NCBI GenBank assembly: GCA_025594325.1
Contig: JANHCV010000002.1
Span: 1,798,001-1,862,000 of the forward strand
Reading direction: 5' to 3'
Length of the DNA: 64,000 nt
DNA from: Blastocladiella emersonii ATCC 22665
Taxonomy: Eukaryota > Fungi > Blastocladiomycota
Below, piece by piece: positions 1 through 11,684 of this stretch. The position numbers and the translations under genes were made by a program. The notes beneath the pieces are model-generated. The model searched no databases. It saw only the letters and a list, made by a program, of their open reading frames with translations, and was not told the origin of the DNA. The stretch's first letter is position 1, and each line of letters opens with the position of its first letter.

Positions 1-161
1 CCGCCGCCCAGCCGCCCGCGCCCGCGCCCGCGCTTGTCCTGTCGACGGCGCCCAGCTCGCTCAACAGCATCGCCTCGGACCCGGCCTCGGCCACGCCTCC
101 GCGCGCCGACGAGCCCGCGCCATCACAGGCTGCGGCTGTTCCCGCTTCCCAGGGCAAGGGC

Positions 162-1670
162 ATGGGCAAGGACCAGGTCGACCCGTCGCCCATCCGCAGC
201 GCTACCCGCCCGCGCGGCACTCGCAGCAACGTCCTCAACACGATCCCCACCCCGACTCGCCTGCGCAACCCCGCGCCATCCGCGGCCCCGCCTGCGAAAC
301 GTCCACGGCTCGGCGAGCCCGCGTCCGCCGCCACGACCGTCGTGGTCCCGTCGTCGTCGCGGCCGTCTTCGTCGTCCTCCACCCTGTCCCCCGTGCCCAC
401 GTCCCCTACCCTCGCGAACGGCGCGCTCGCTGATTCACCCTCACGCCCTGCCTCTACGACTGCTGCTGCTGCGCCCGCTGCCCCTTCCCCCACCCCCGCC
501 CCCGACATCGCCGCCCTCGCTCCCGCGGCGACCACGCCACCCGCCCTGCAGCTGCACCTGCACCAGCGCAGCCGCGAGCTCAACCCGCCGTACGCGGCGC
601 TGCTCGCGTCGCAGATCGCGGCGCCCGCGCTCGACCCCGCCCTCGCCCCGCTCGGCGCCTACCTCTCGGCGCGCTTCGCCGAGTTTGCCCACCACGTCGC
701 CGACCACCTCGACCTCATGACCTTCATGTTCGAGCACAAGGTCGCCGAGGCCGTGGCCAAGCGCGACGACGCCCTCGACCAGCTCACGCGCCTGCTCGTC
801 GCGCGTGGGCTTCTCGCCGAGGGCGAGTTTGTCCCGCCCGCGCCCGCGCCCGTCCTCGACGTCCTGCCCGAGGCCGACTCGTTTGCCGCGATCCGCGGCG
901 AGGGGCTCGACACGCTCGCCCGCATGTTCGCCCAGTTCAAGTTCGACGTGTTCCGCAACCTGACGGACCGCGCCGCCGGGCGGTTCGGCGAGCCGGCTGC
1001 GGCTCCGGCGCCCGCGGTCACGACGGCGGGGCAGCCCGAGGCGGCAGCCACGGGTACTACGACCCCGCCGGTCGTCGCGGCGGCGACGACGTTCAACCTC
1101 GCGACCCCGATGGCATCCAACCCGTCCGCTGCCGTTGCCGATGCTGCCGCCGACGCGTGCGAGTCTGCGGCCGCGTCCTGCGCCGTGACGCCCGTCCCCA
1201 CCTCGGCGGCGGCGCCCGCTGCAGCGAAGCTGACCGCGCCGCGCTCGCCCGCCCTCGTCTTCACGGTCCCCGACTCGAGCTCCCCCGCCACCGCGCCCGC
1301 CTCGACTGCCTCGTCGCCGATGCGCACCCCGGCCCGGCCAGCCAGCGCCGACCCGTCGACGTCCGCGAACTGTACCTCGTCCGCGATCCTCGCCGCGCCC
1401 ACCATCTCTACGGCGGCGGCCGCCGCCACGGAGCCCGCGTCGTCCGCGCCCGTGGCCCTCGGCGCAAGCCTCGGCAGCCCGGCCCGCCCGGCGCCGTCGG
1501 CCCTCTTCGGGTCCGGGTCCTCGCTGTCGGACGCGCTCGCGGCGTCGCCCAGCTTGGCCGCTGCGGCCTCGTTCGGGTTCGGGTTCGGGTTCGGCGCCAC
1601 GATCGTGCGCACGCCGCCTACGCGCGAGGAGGACGAGGAAAAGAAGGAGGAGGCGGGCAAGGATGAGTGA
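162..1670 (+). CDS. Hypothetical low-complexity Ala/Pro/Ser-rich protein (502 aa)
   Basis: Long ATG-started ORF with GC3-rich codon usage, an NLS-like PPAKRPRL, a short ordered helical core (FAEFAHHVADHLDLMTFMFEHKVAEAV) and an acidic/basic C-terminus. No family recognised. Confidence 0.5.
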   Translation: MGKDQVDPSPIRSATRPRGTRSNVLNTIPTPTRLRNPAPSAAPPAKRPRLGEPASAATTVVVPSSSRPSSSSSTLSPVPTSPTLANGALADSPSRPASTTAAAAPAAPSPTPAPDIAALAPAATTPPALQLHLHQRSRELNPPYAALLASQIAAPALDPALAPLGAYLSARFAEFAHHVADHLDLMTFMFEHKVAEAVAKRDDALDQLTRLLVARGLLAEGEFVPPAPAPVLDVLPEADSFAAIRGEGLDTLARMFAQFKFDVFRNLTDRAAGRFGEPAAAPAPAVTTAGQPEAAATGTTTPPVVAAATTFNLATPMASNPSAAVADAAADACESAAASCAVTPVPTSAAAPAAAKLTAPRSPALVFTVPDSSSPATAPASTASSPMRTPARPASADPSTSANCTSSAILAAPTISTAAAAATEPASSAPVALGASLGSPARPAPSALFGSGSSLSDALAASPSLAAAASFGFGFGFGATIVRTPPTREEDEEKKEEAGKDE

Positions 1671-1804
1671 TGTGTGTGTGATTGGATTACAAGAACGCTT
1701 TTTGTATGAATCAAAAGATCAGCCAGCGATCGCGTCTGTGCCGTTGCGACTGGTGGAGAGTAATTCAGTGAGCGCAACGGCAGCCGCGACTGGTGGAGAG
1801 GAAG

Positions 1805-4101
1805 TTACGAAGGGCGGGAAGGAATACGAGTAGGATAGGGTTTGTTGGTCGCAAACATGCTCTCGCGATCAAGACTCGCGTCCTCGAGCGCGACGAGAAA
1901 CTCGGGGACCAGGACAGAGCGAGGTGCCACGCGCGCCACAAGCTCGGCCACGGCCGTGTCGCGGTCCAGGTTGCTGTACTGAGCGAGGCGGCGCGCTTTC
2001 CGAGCCAGCCCGACCGGATCCGCGTGTGCGTCGAGCGCGCCATCGGGGATCAGCGACCAAAATTCGGGCTTCGCGCAGACAAGGCGAGCGTTGGCCAGAA
2101 ACGACGCAGCGGCCGCGGGCGGGTCCGCCACGAACAGGACGTGGACGACCTGCTTCACCGATGCAACGCGGTCGCACGCACACTCGAGTTCAGTTGTCGG
2201 AACAGCAGAAGCACGAGGAGGAGCAATGTGCTCGGCGAGAATGTCCCACAGCGGCGGTTTCACGACCGCGGCCAGCTCGGCTGGGCACGCGGCGGCGAAC
2301 GCGGCCAGGGCGTCGCGCCAGGGCTGCTGGTGCTCGAGCGGGCACGCGAGGCAGACACCGAGTCCCGGAATCGGGGTTGGAGCTTCTGGAGGAACGCCTG
2401 CTCTGCGAACCGTTTTGTAGCCCTTCGGTGTGAACTCCGAAAGGAGAGCGCGAGTGAGGTGACGTGCCACGCCCAAGTCTCGAATCGCGGCCACAGCAGC
2501 GTGGCGCGTTGCTGAGGGTGCGAGCGCCGCGACAAGCAGGCGGTTGAGCTGCTGGAGATGAGACTTGAGCGCAATCTGCATAATCTTGTCAAGGCACGGG
2601 GCGAGGATGGCTAAGAGATCAAGCGGTTCCGCGACAAGCTCGCCGTCAAGGAGCGTCCATTTCAAGTCGAAGGCTGAGATTCGATCAAGGGCTACTGCAA
2701 GCTCCTCAATCGACAAGACCCCGGACGCGAGCGCGTACCGCGCAACATGCTGGGCTCGATGAAGGGCATGTCGCGATCGCAAGCGGTATTCTTGTGTCAA
2801 GGCGGCACAGAACGCTACACGCGGAACGAATGGTTAGCGATCGCTCTGTTGGTACGTGCGAGGGTGAGAACGGTACCATGCTGTATAAAAGTGGCCCAGT
2901 CGCCGTCCGAATACTTTGCTTTGCGGCCCTCGACCAAGCCAAGCTTGCCGCACGCCAGGGCAATTCCAACGATTGCATGCCATAGGTATTCGGAAATCGG
3001 GCAGTGGACTTCAATTCGACGCAATCCGTCAGCATCCAAACCGTCCTCGGCAATCCATTCCAAGATGAGCTTGCCGTACTTGCCATCGATACAGCTGTCG
3101 TTGCTGTCCTGCGCGAGAACGGGCGCAACCAAGTCGGGAAACTTTTCGAGGACTGGGATGAGAACGGTATAATGATGTTGGAGCACGTTGTTGAGGAGCG
3201 CTTGCTTGAAATCGCTCTCGAGCGACGGGCAGGACTCGAGAATCCACGTGGCGACAGTGAACACTTCCTCGGCAAGCTTGTTCGGCGGAATCGCCATCTC
3301 GAACAGAAGGACGCGCATGGGGATTGTCTCGTTGCAAAGCTGGACAACGGACTCGGCGCATCGCGCACCGTGCAAGAGTGCATGAAACAACGGGTAATGC
3401 CAGCAAGCCAGAGCCGTGAAGCAAAGATAGTCGACGAGGCGGACAGGCGCCGCGGGCATTGCAAAATCTCCAAAGAGCCAAGCGCCGTAGTGAGGGCGGC
3501 AGGCCTCGATAAAGAATATCCACTCTTCAAACTTGAGCTCGACGTCGAGAAGCTGGGGCGAGTTCGTAACGACGTGGCCAAGCATGTGGTGAAGGCATTC
3601 CGCGGAGCCGAGCGCAGCAGAGCTGCACAGCAGTCGCAAGAAGCCAATGAGCGGGTGCTCGAGGGGAAACAAGGTCTTGGTTTGGAACGAGTTTGACAGG
3701 CACTCCCGCAGCGCAGTTTCGTTCAGCTCGCTGGGACGGAGCTGGCGGGCGCGCAGGTCCGAAAATTTTGCGAGGAGATAAAAAGGTACTGGCGTCACTT
3801 GGGCCTTGACGGGAGAAAACGGAGACGGGGGCGCATGGGTGGAAATAAGATATTTCGAAGCATCGAGCGGAGTAGGGCTCCCCTCCTGGCAAGAGGTCGC
3901 GCGGAGAAGCTGCCACACGACCGAAAGAGTCCAATGGCGCTGAACGGAGCTTTCGCGCGCAGAGACAGCAAGATGACCGGACGACGCGGCGAGGGCAGCT
4001 CGCGGTTCGGCAAGCTGGAGCACATTTTCCATCAGTTCGCTGGGCAAATCCGCAAGAAGGTAGGCCATAGGGCCGGGTTCAGGTTGCATGGGGTTATTCA
4101 T
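1805..4101 (-). CDS. F-box-like protein, tandem paralog 1 (about 744 aa); exons 4101-2877 and 2814-1805
   Basis: N-terminal F-box-like LLADLPSELMENVLQLA. ORFs 2815-4101 and 1805-2800 join in frame through a 62-nt intron (GTACCG...GCTAAC...GTGTAG, 2876-2815). Colinear with the adjacent paralog. Confidence 0.72.
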
Positions 4102-4290
4102 TGCAGTCTAAAGAGGTGTTCATTTACAGTGGGATGAGCGGGAGAGCTTGGGCTTCGAGCCGAGCGTGCTTGTGCTCGCTCAACGCCACACTTTGACCAA
4201 GGCGCGCGTGAGCTCACGCTGATTTGACCGACGCGTGCAATGTGATTAGTAGAGTCAGCAGGTAGATGTATTCAACTTTATTCCCACATT

Positions 4291-6519
4291 TCAGTATGTT
4301 TCCGAGTCGTTGATGGTCATGATTTCACCGAACACGGGCATCTGGACCGTCCGCGGGGCAACTCGCAAGAAGATCCCGGCCACAACTATCTCAATCTCCT
4401 CGTTTTGGAAGGCTGAGACGTCCCGCGCAAGCCAAGCCAGCTCAACCGGATCGACATGACCGTCGAGCTTGCCAGCAGGAACCAGGTTCCAGGAGGCGGG
4501 TCCAAAAGCCGGCTTTCGCGCAGCGGCGAGGAGCAACTTTGCAGCCATGCTTGGGTTTGCTGCGAAGAGAGCATGAAATAATTGCTTGGCCGACATGGTG
4601 CGGTCGCACGAGAACGTGCGGCCGATTTGAGAAAATCGACCGACTTGAGAAAATGCAGCGCAAGGTGGAGTGGAGCGATCGGCAAGTTTCTGCCATGTGA
4701 AGGCGAACAGTTGCTGAAACAGTACGCTAACCGCTCCAGGGAAAGCGACAACGACTGCAGCTAGCGCGTCACGCCACAGTTGCTGATGTGCGAGGGGACA
4801 TTTGGGGCAAGTCGCATAGCCAAGAAGCGAAGTGTGGCTCGTCGGCCGCCGCTCCGAATGAGGCGGGTCGAACGCCGTGATAAAGGCAAAAACGAGGTCG
4901 CTCGCCTTACCCGAGCTCCGGATCACATCAATCGCCTTCCTCCGAGTTGAACGACGCGCGAGAGCTGCAGCCAGTAGTTGGGGAAGCCCGACAAGTCGAT
5001 CAATGCGCTCGATATGGGCAAAGTGCGGAGCGAGAAGGTGCAGCAGGTCGAGCGGATCCACGACGATATCGCCACGCTGGAGATGGTCCCACGCGTCATA
5101 AAGGCACGGGAGATCATGGAAAACGAGTGAAAGGTCCTTCACGGACAGGACTCTGGATTCAAGCGCGTACTTCATGACGTGCTGAGATGGATGGAGCGAG
5201 AGCTCGTGAATGAACTTTGCGCAAAAGGCTACAGGGTATCGAGATCAGTCACCAAAGTGCACTCGCGAGCCGTGGTTCAAAACGGTACCCTGCAGCAGGA
5301 GAGCTCGCCAGTCGGTTTCGGAATAACGTGCTCGAAGCTCGGCGAGAAAGGAATGATCATGGCGAGCGGCCGCGACTGCAATGATCGAGGCCCACGCCGG
5401 CTCGGAGATGTGACAGAACACTTCGACTCGCTTGAAGTCTCCGACATCAAACTCGCCCTTACTGTACGACTTCGCTAGTTGCTGGCCAAAAGCTTCCTTG
5501 AGGTATATGGCCTGGTCGCGGGAATCGTAGAGAACGGAGTGCGCCAAGGCTGGCGCGCGATCGAAGAGCGCGAAGATAAAATTGCGGTCATTCCCGATGG
5601 CGCGAGAGATAAACAGATCCCGAACGTCTCCAATAAAGTCGGGTTGGTGATCCACGAGCCATGCTATGATCGCAACCACCTCGTTTACAGTCGCATGCTG
5701 TGGTTTGAGCATCTGACCCGCGACGATTTGAATTAGGACCGGGTCGCCAAGGAGCTGGTTGAGTGAAACCTCGCTGACGCGGTACCGGACGCCGCTGATG
5801 AGCCCATGGAAGATCGAAGACCGCCAACAAGCTAGTGCCACGAAGCTGAGAAAGTCGATGGGTCGGACGGGAAACGTGGGCCGCTGGGGGAAAGCACTGA
5901 AGTTGAGATGTGGGGCCAAGCGGACATTCATGATAAGTGTCGTCCATTCGTCGCAATTGAGTTGTACATCAAGGATCTGAGACGACGAAGCAAGCAGATG
6001 GTCGAGCAAGTGGTGCACGGTCCCCTCCAACCCTCGTACAATCGATCCGAGGAGCAAACGCAGACAGCAGGTGAGCGGGTATTGGAGTGGAGTGTCGAGA
6101 CTGACCTTGTTTGAGGCCATCAGAGTCTGCTGTAGGTCCGCCGCATTCATGTTGCGCGGAAGTTTAGAGCGTGCGAGAAGATCGGAAAAGTTGATGAGAA
6201 GCGCAATCGACGCAGGTGCTAGGCAGAGCTTGGTCACGTCGACGTTCCATATATGCGCGCCCAAAAGTCGCGTCGCAACGTCCCAGGGCCGATTGAGCCA
6301 CGGAGCAGAGGGTGCTGACCGAATGAGCTGCCAGACAACCGATAGAGTCCAAGAAAGCCGAAAGGGTGTGTCGCGTGCAGCCACGGCCAGCCGGTCGGAC
6401 GACGCGGCCACGGTTGCGCGCGGACCGACGAGCCGGAGAACCATGCTGACCAACTCGGCGGGAAAACATGCAAGAGTGTAGACCTGCTGGTCCATTTCAT
6501 TTTGCATCAAGTCATTCAT
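4291..6519 (-). CDS. F-box-like protein, tandem paralog 2 (about 722 aa); exons 6519-5289 and 5228-4291
   Basis: TLACFPAELVSMVLRLV F-box-like motif and shared WTLSVVWQL, PLDLL.LLAP and LDGHVDPVELA blocks. A 60-nt phase-1 intron (5288-5229) sits at the same G|GTACCG position as in paralog 1. Confidence 0.72.
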
Positions 6520-6698
6520 TGCAATAAGAGTATTAGGAGCTCCTTCAGGTTGACAACGAGCGTGGGAGCGGGCTGCTTCCTTGGACTGACGCGTCACGCC
6601 ACGCGCCACGACGCGTGCGAGCGATCACGGCGAGCGATCAACCATTCCATCACCGAACCTTCCGAAGAAAAAAATGTATATCCGGACTCCTAGTCGTT

Positions 6699-7080
6699 TT
6701 ATGGCGACCTCCTGGCAATTTGTAACTCGTCGTTGAACTCGGGTAGCAGAACCGTCTGCGGAGCGACCCGCGCAAACACTTCAGCGATGACTAGGTCGAT
6801 CCGCTTGCCGCTCATCTTCGCAACGCGACGAGCGACCCATGCAAGGGATTTGGGATCGAGATTCCCGTCGAGTGCGGCTTCAGGGATCAAGCTCCAGAAA
6901 CTGTAAGGGAGGTTCGTGCTGCACGGGTCCGGGAGGAGCGATCGCTGCGCCCGGATTGGCCGCGAAAAGGACATGGACGACTTGCTCGGCGCGCCCCGAC
7001 TTGATTTCTTCTCGATCTTCACGACTGGCCTCAACGGGCCGACCTGCCTGACATCCGTAACCGTGGCCGAGCACCAACCG
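6699..7080 (-). pseudogene. C-terminal fragment of a third F-box-family paralog, frameshifted
   Basis: EQVVHVLFAANP lies in one frame and SFWSLIPEAALDGNLDPKSLAWVARR...EVFARVAPQTVLLPEF in another. Both match the C-termini of paralogs 1 and 2. No room for the N-terminal part before the neighbouring gene ends at 7126. Confidence 0.62.
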
Positions 7081-7125
7081 CTCAATTGCCTGCGGGTTCC
7101 GTCCAAGACGCGCATGTATTCCTCC

Positions 7126-10100
7126 TCACCCAAGCAGATCCGGTACATGCTTCGCGAGCAAGTCGCGCAGTACCGTCCGCTCGGGCCCGGCCGACTTGGG
7201 GGCAAAGTCAGCGAAGCAGCCCGTGGCCATGACCTCGTTGCGTCGCTCGTGGACCGAGTCGGCTGTGTACGCGACGATGGGCGGGACGGCGCGCTTCGCC
7301 GCCTCCGCGACGGCGTGGATCAGCAGCGCGGCCGTGACGCCGTCCATTTCGGGCATTTGGAGGTCCTACACGGCAGCGAACGGGACGGTTAGTCGTGAAC
7401 AGCGCGATGGACAAACTAGCAACGAGAGCGGGCGTACCATGAGCACGAGATCGACCGTCGGAGCGTCGCCCTGGAACACCTCGGAAAAGTACGCGACGGC
7501 CTCGGCGCCGCCGGGCATCTGGACCACGTCGCACCGCAGCAGGTCCAGCCGCTTCGACGTGACCGTGCGCACCACGCGGTTGTCCTCGACGACCATGACG
7601 CGCGGACGCGGGCGCGACTCGGCTTGCGGATCGAGCTGCGGCAGTTGCGCTGGTTGCGGCTGCGGCTGCGGCTGCGGCTGCGGGGTGGTGGTGATCAGGG
7701 CCATGGACGTAGAGGATGGCGGCTGCTCAGCGGCGGCAGCGGTAGCGGGCGTGGAGGTCGACGCAGGGACCGGTACAGGTTCGGCACCGACCACGGGCGG
7801 CGGTGCGTCGTTAAATGACGCGTCGAGAACAGTAACCCCGCCGTCCATCTCGAGCGCCGCGGGTGCCGGCGCCGGTGTAACAAGCGCGCGCGGCATCGGG
7901 ACGGGAGACGCCGCAGCAACGAGCAATCCGCACGCGGGAACCGCGAAACGGACCCGCCCGGGCCGGCGAGGTGCGACGCGGCCGGCGAGATCCGCGACGA
8001 GCCGGTCGACGACATCGAGCGCGAACGGCGACGTGAACTCGGCGCCGCGCGCGGCGTTGGTCGGGTCGAGGAGCGTGGCGACGTCGAGGTCGCGCGGGGT
8101 TGGGATGAGCGCGTCAGCTTCCTCGCCGTCATCGTCGAAGACGGGAAGCGCAGTGGGGAACACGGCGCGCACGTCGAGCCAGTCGTCGCGCTGCGCGAGG
8201 CTGATGCGGGCGGGCTCGCGGCCGCGCAGCGCGGACTCGTGGACCACGTCGACGATGCGCGCGAGGAGCCGCGCGAGGTCCGGCGTCGGTGCGAGCGCGG
8301 CGAGCTCGAGCCCGACGTCCACGTCGAGCCGCAGCCGTGCGCCGGCGGACCACCGAGCGCGCGCGCGGACCTCGGCGACGCGGCAGACCTGGTCGCGCAC
8401 CGGCTCCACCGCACCCTCGGGCGGCGGCGGCGCGACGCCGTGGAACAGGTACCGGACATCTGCCGCGAGCGTGGCGAGATGTTCCGCGGCGGCCCACGCG
8501 CCGCGCCACTCGGCGTCGTCGACGACGATGACGGCGGGCAGGTCGCACGGGCGGCGTGCCTCGATGTGGGCGAGAAGGCGCGCGGCGGGGTCGGCGAGGT
8601 GCGCACACCAGAGGCGCAGGAGGCTCTGCTGCTCGGCGAAGGCGCGTTTCGAGGCGCGGGCGAGCGCGGCGATCTGGGCCTCGGCGCGGCGCTTCTCGGT
8701 GGCGTCGGCGAACAGGAGGACCTGCGCGATGCCCGACGCCGCGGCGCCGTCGCGCGGGTCCGACGGGGTGCACACGAGCAGGTCGGCGGCAAACGAGGTT
8801 CCGTCGGGGCGCTTGATGGTCACGGCGCGCGCGGCGGCGGCGGCGGCGGGGCCGGCGGTGCCCTCGACGGGCGGCGACAGCGGCCCGCAGTCCTCGATCA
8901 CGGTGCGGACCCTATCACGAGCCTCGGGCCGGGTGAAGAGCGCCGTCGCGTTGGCGTTACACGCGAGGAGCTTCCCGTCGCGGTCTAGTGCGACGAGGTA
9001 GTCGGGTACGGCCTGGATACACGCGGAGGCGCGCTCGCGGAGTGCGGCGAGGCGGCGGTCGAACTCGAACCGCTGGCGCTTGACGTCGCCGGCCTCGTCG
9101 AGCTTGTGGACGGTGGCGAGGGCGAGGGCGGCGACGGGCGGGGCGAGCAGGGCGACGAGGGCGAGGACGACGTGCGACCAGTACTTGTAGACGGCGAGCG
9201 AGTATTTCGGGAGCGGCGCGCACACGACGGTCCAGGTGCGGTCGGCGGGGCGGACCGACGAGACGGCGGCGAGATCAGTCGCCTCGGCGCCCGACAGGTT
9301 GGTCCAGACGACGCGGCCGTCGGTGGCGTCGACAATGTGGTAGCCCATGGACGGCTCGAGCATGGACCGCTTGATGACCTCGGACGCGAAAAAGGACATG
9401 CCGACGAGCGCCGAGTTGGACAGGCCGTTCGGGAAGGCGACGGGCCCGCCGGCGCGCAGCCAGATGGAGATGCCGGCGCCGCCCGTAATGAAGTAGATGA
9501 CGGGCGACAGGTGCGGGATCCCGTCGGCGAGCGCGAGGGCGATGGTGGCGGCGCGTTCCGGGTTGCTCTGCGGGTCGAAGCCAAAGGGCGCCGAGGCGAC
9601 GAGGGTCGGGTTCTCGGGGTTGACGTTGCGCGCGACGTAGGTCAGGGTGCCCGGCCAGTACGTTTCGCGGCGGGCCGACGGGACCGACTGGCCGTTGACG
9701 AGGTCGAAGATGGTGGTGTTGGAGGCGGTCTCCCAGGCGGATCGCTACGCGGGGCGCGGGGTCGAGTAAGCGGACGGTGTGCGAATCAGCGCACAACGAG
9801 AGGGCCAGTCAGTACCTGCTGCTCGGGAATACCCTGGAAAATGACAATGGAGGTGAGCAGGGTCGAGTTGACGGTCGCCGTGTCGAGGTATTGGGCAAAG
9901 GTCGCGTTGGACATGGGCCGTGCCGAGGACGCAAAGGCGTCGAGGCCGTGCAGCTTGGACACGATCTCGCGGTTGATGACGAGGGCGACGCCCGAGGCGA
10001 GCGAGTTGCAGCTGAGGCGGACCTCGGCGGGCGACATGGCGGCGCGCAGCTCCTGGAAGATGAGCGTGGCGGCGCCGATGCACAGGGCAAAGGCGACGAG

Positions 10101-10772
10101 CGCCGCGAGCTGCGCGCGCAGCGACGCAGACCGGCACGGCGCGGTGAAGGCGGCGAGGCGCGAGCGCGGGCTGCCACCGCCCTTGCCCGACGACGAAGCC
10201 GAGTGTGCTGGTGGTGACGGCGGCGGCGGCGTCGGCAGGTTGTGCTCGAGCGAGAAGCGGTCAAACTTGTCGTCGTCATTGTTGGCATCGACATCGTCGC
10301 GCTCGCCGTGAGCCGCTGGCGGGACATGGTGGTGGCGGCGATGCAGCGAGGGTGACGGCGGGGTGGTGGGAGGCGGCGAGGGCAGGCACTGCTGCTGCTG
10401 CTGCTGCTGCTGCGCGGCGCCCGCCTCCTCGGCCACCTCGATATCGATGCTCACGGCGTCGCGGCGAGAGCGAGCCGCGCCAGGTGCGTGTGGCAGCAGC
10501 AGGAGGGCAGTCTCAGCGGCGGGCGCGCATGGTGGAGCGAGGTGCTCGGGGCGCGGCGACAGCGCGTCGCGCATGGCCTGCGCCAGCGTGAGCGGCGGCT
10601 GCTGCGTCTGCGACTCGGGCGGCGCGATACATGGCGACTGCGGTGGTGGCGGGGTCGTCGATGCATCGTGGCACGCGGCGTCGAGGAGGAGCGGGCACAG
10701 CGCGGGAGAGAGCGGCGAGACGGGCGATGGCGGGAGCGGCTCGCCCGGGCGCGCAGCGCGGCGGTGCGGCAT
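7126..10772 (-). CDS. Membrane sensor: TM-CHASE-like-TM-PAS-degenerate HisKA/HATPase-receiver (hybrid histidine-kinase-like, about 1167 aa); exons 10772-9816, 9744-7438, 7365-7126
   Basis: In-frame introns at 9815-9745 and 7437-7366. Two TM segments flank a CHASE-like region (GFDPQSNPERAATIALA). PAS: IQAVPDYLVALDRDGKLLACNANA...IKRPDGTSF. Receiver: VMVVEDN...VLMDLQMPEMDG...IVAYTAD...FAPK. Confidence 0.8.
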
Positions 10773-10847
10773 GGCGGCGAGACAGACCCACGCCGGGGCA
10801 CAGGCCGGAGAAGGCGAGCGATCGGGGTGGAAGCGGGCAGCGCAGCG

Positions 10848-11480
10848 CGTTGCGCCGAGTCGCGCTGGGCGATGCGCGCGGAACGGCGGAGAAGGTTCGG
10901 GGTCGGGGCCGCCGTGAGCGTGGCCGTTGGCAGGGGGCGGGTGGCTGGCTGGTCGCGCGCCGCCCGTGCGTGTGCGTGAGCGTGGGTCGGCGTGAGGGGT
11001 TGGGATGCGTGACAGCCGAGAGACAGGCGGGCAGGCGAGCAGGCAGGCGACGGACACGACCGAGCGTGAGGCGGGAGCCGCCAGCGGGAGGGAGGGGCGC
11101 GGGGAGAGGACGGGCCGCGCGAGCGTGCGCGGCAGGCGGTCCGATTTCGCGCTGGCGGTGCCGTGTGCGCCGCGCCGCGGAGCGCAATCGGCGAGGCGGG
11201 CGCCGCGTCGCCGGCCATCGCGCCCGCCGCGCCGAGTTGCGTGTTGCCGTGGGACGGGCGCGCGGTCGGCGAGAGCGTTGGCCGCGGCGGCGCGGTCGCG
11301 AGCGCGGGCGACCCAAAGGTCGGCGCCCTCGATTTGCGCCAGGCCTTGCCGCCTCGCCACTCGCGCCCGCAGCTGCTTGTCCCACGCCCGCCGCATCCGA
11401 TGATCCCCGCTCGTGGGCCTCGATCACCGCGTCCCCGTTGCGCCTCACGTTGCGCCGAGTCGCGCTGGGCGATGCGCGCG
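10848..11480. repeat. 33-bp perfect direct repeat (10848-10880 and 11448-11480), 600 bp apart
   Basis: CGTTGCGCCGAGTCGCGCTGGGCGATGCGCGCG is present twice in the divergent intergenic region. Confidence 0.88.
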
Positions 11481-11684
11481 CGAGTACACACATGGAGCCG
11501 TGCCGCTCGTTGCCAAGGTGGTTTGGAGTATACGATCCGAGCGTGGAGAGTGAAAGCTCTTCAGAGCGGTGCGCCACGTTCACGGGGAAAAGGGAAAAGG
11601 GCCAACAACGCTTGCATGTTTTACCTGTCCAACCAGCAGAGCCCCGCACTACCGTGCGCCCTCCCTCTCCAAAAACGTAGCAAC

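Noticed and set aside
1570-1595. (TTCGGG)n encoding FGFGFGFG, resembling a nucleoporin FG repeat or telomere seed
   Set aside because: It is a single short microsatellite, not dispersed FG motifs and not TTAGGG.
4190-6620. ACGCGT (MCB-like) motifs upstream of the F-box paralogs
   Set aside because: This hexamer is expected often by chance in CpG-rich, high-GC DNA, so no support for regulation.
9786-11396. 536-aa ORF start as the true N-terminus of the sensor kinase
   Set aside because: The upstream 200 codons look like GC-rich promoter/UTR sequence and contain the 33-bp repeat; the ATG at 10772 is more plausible.
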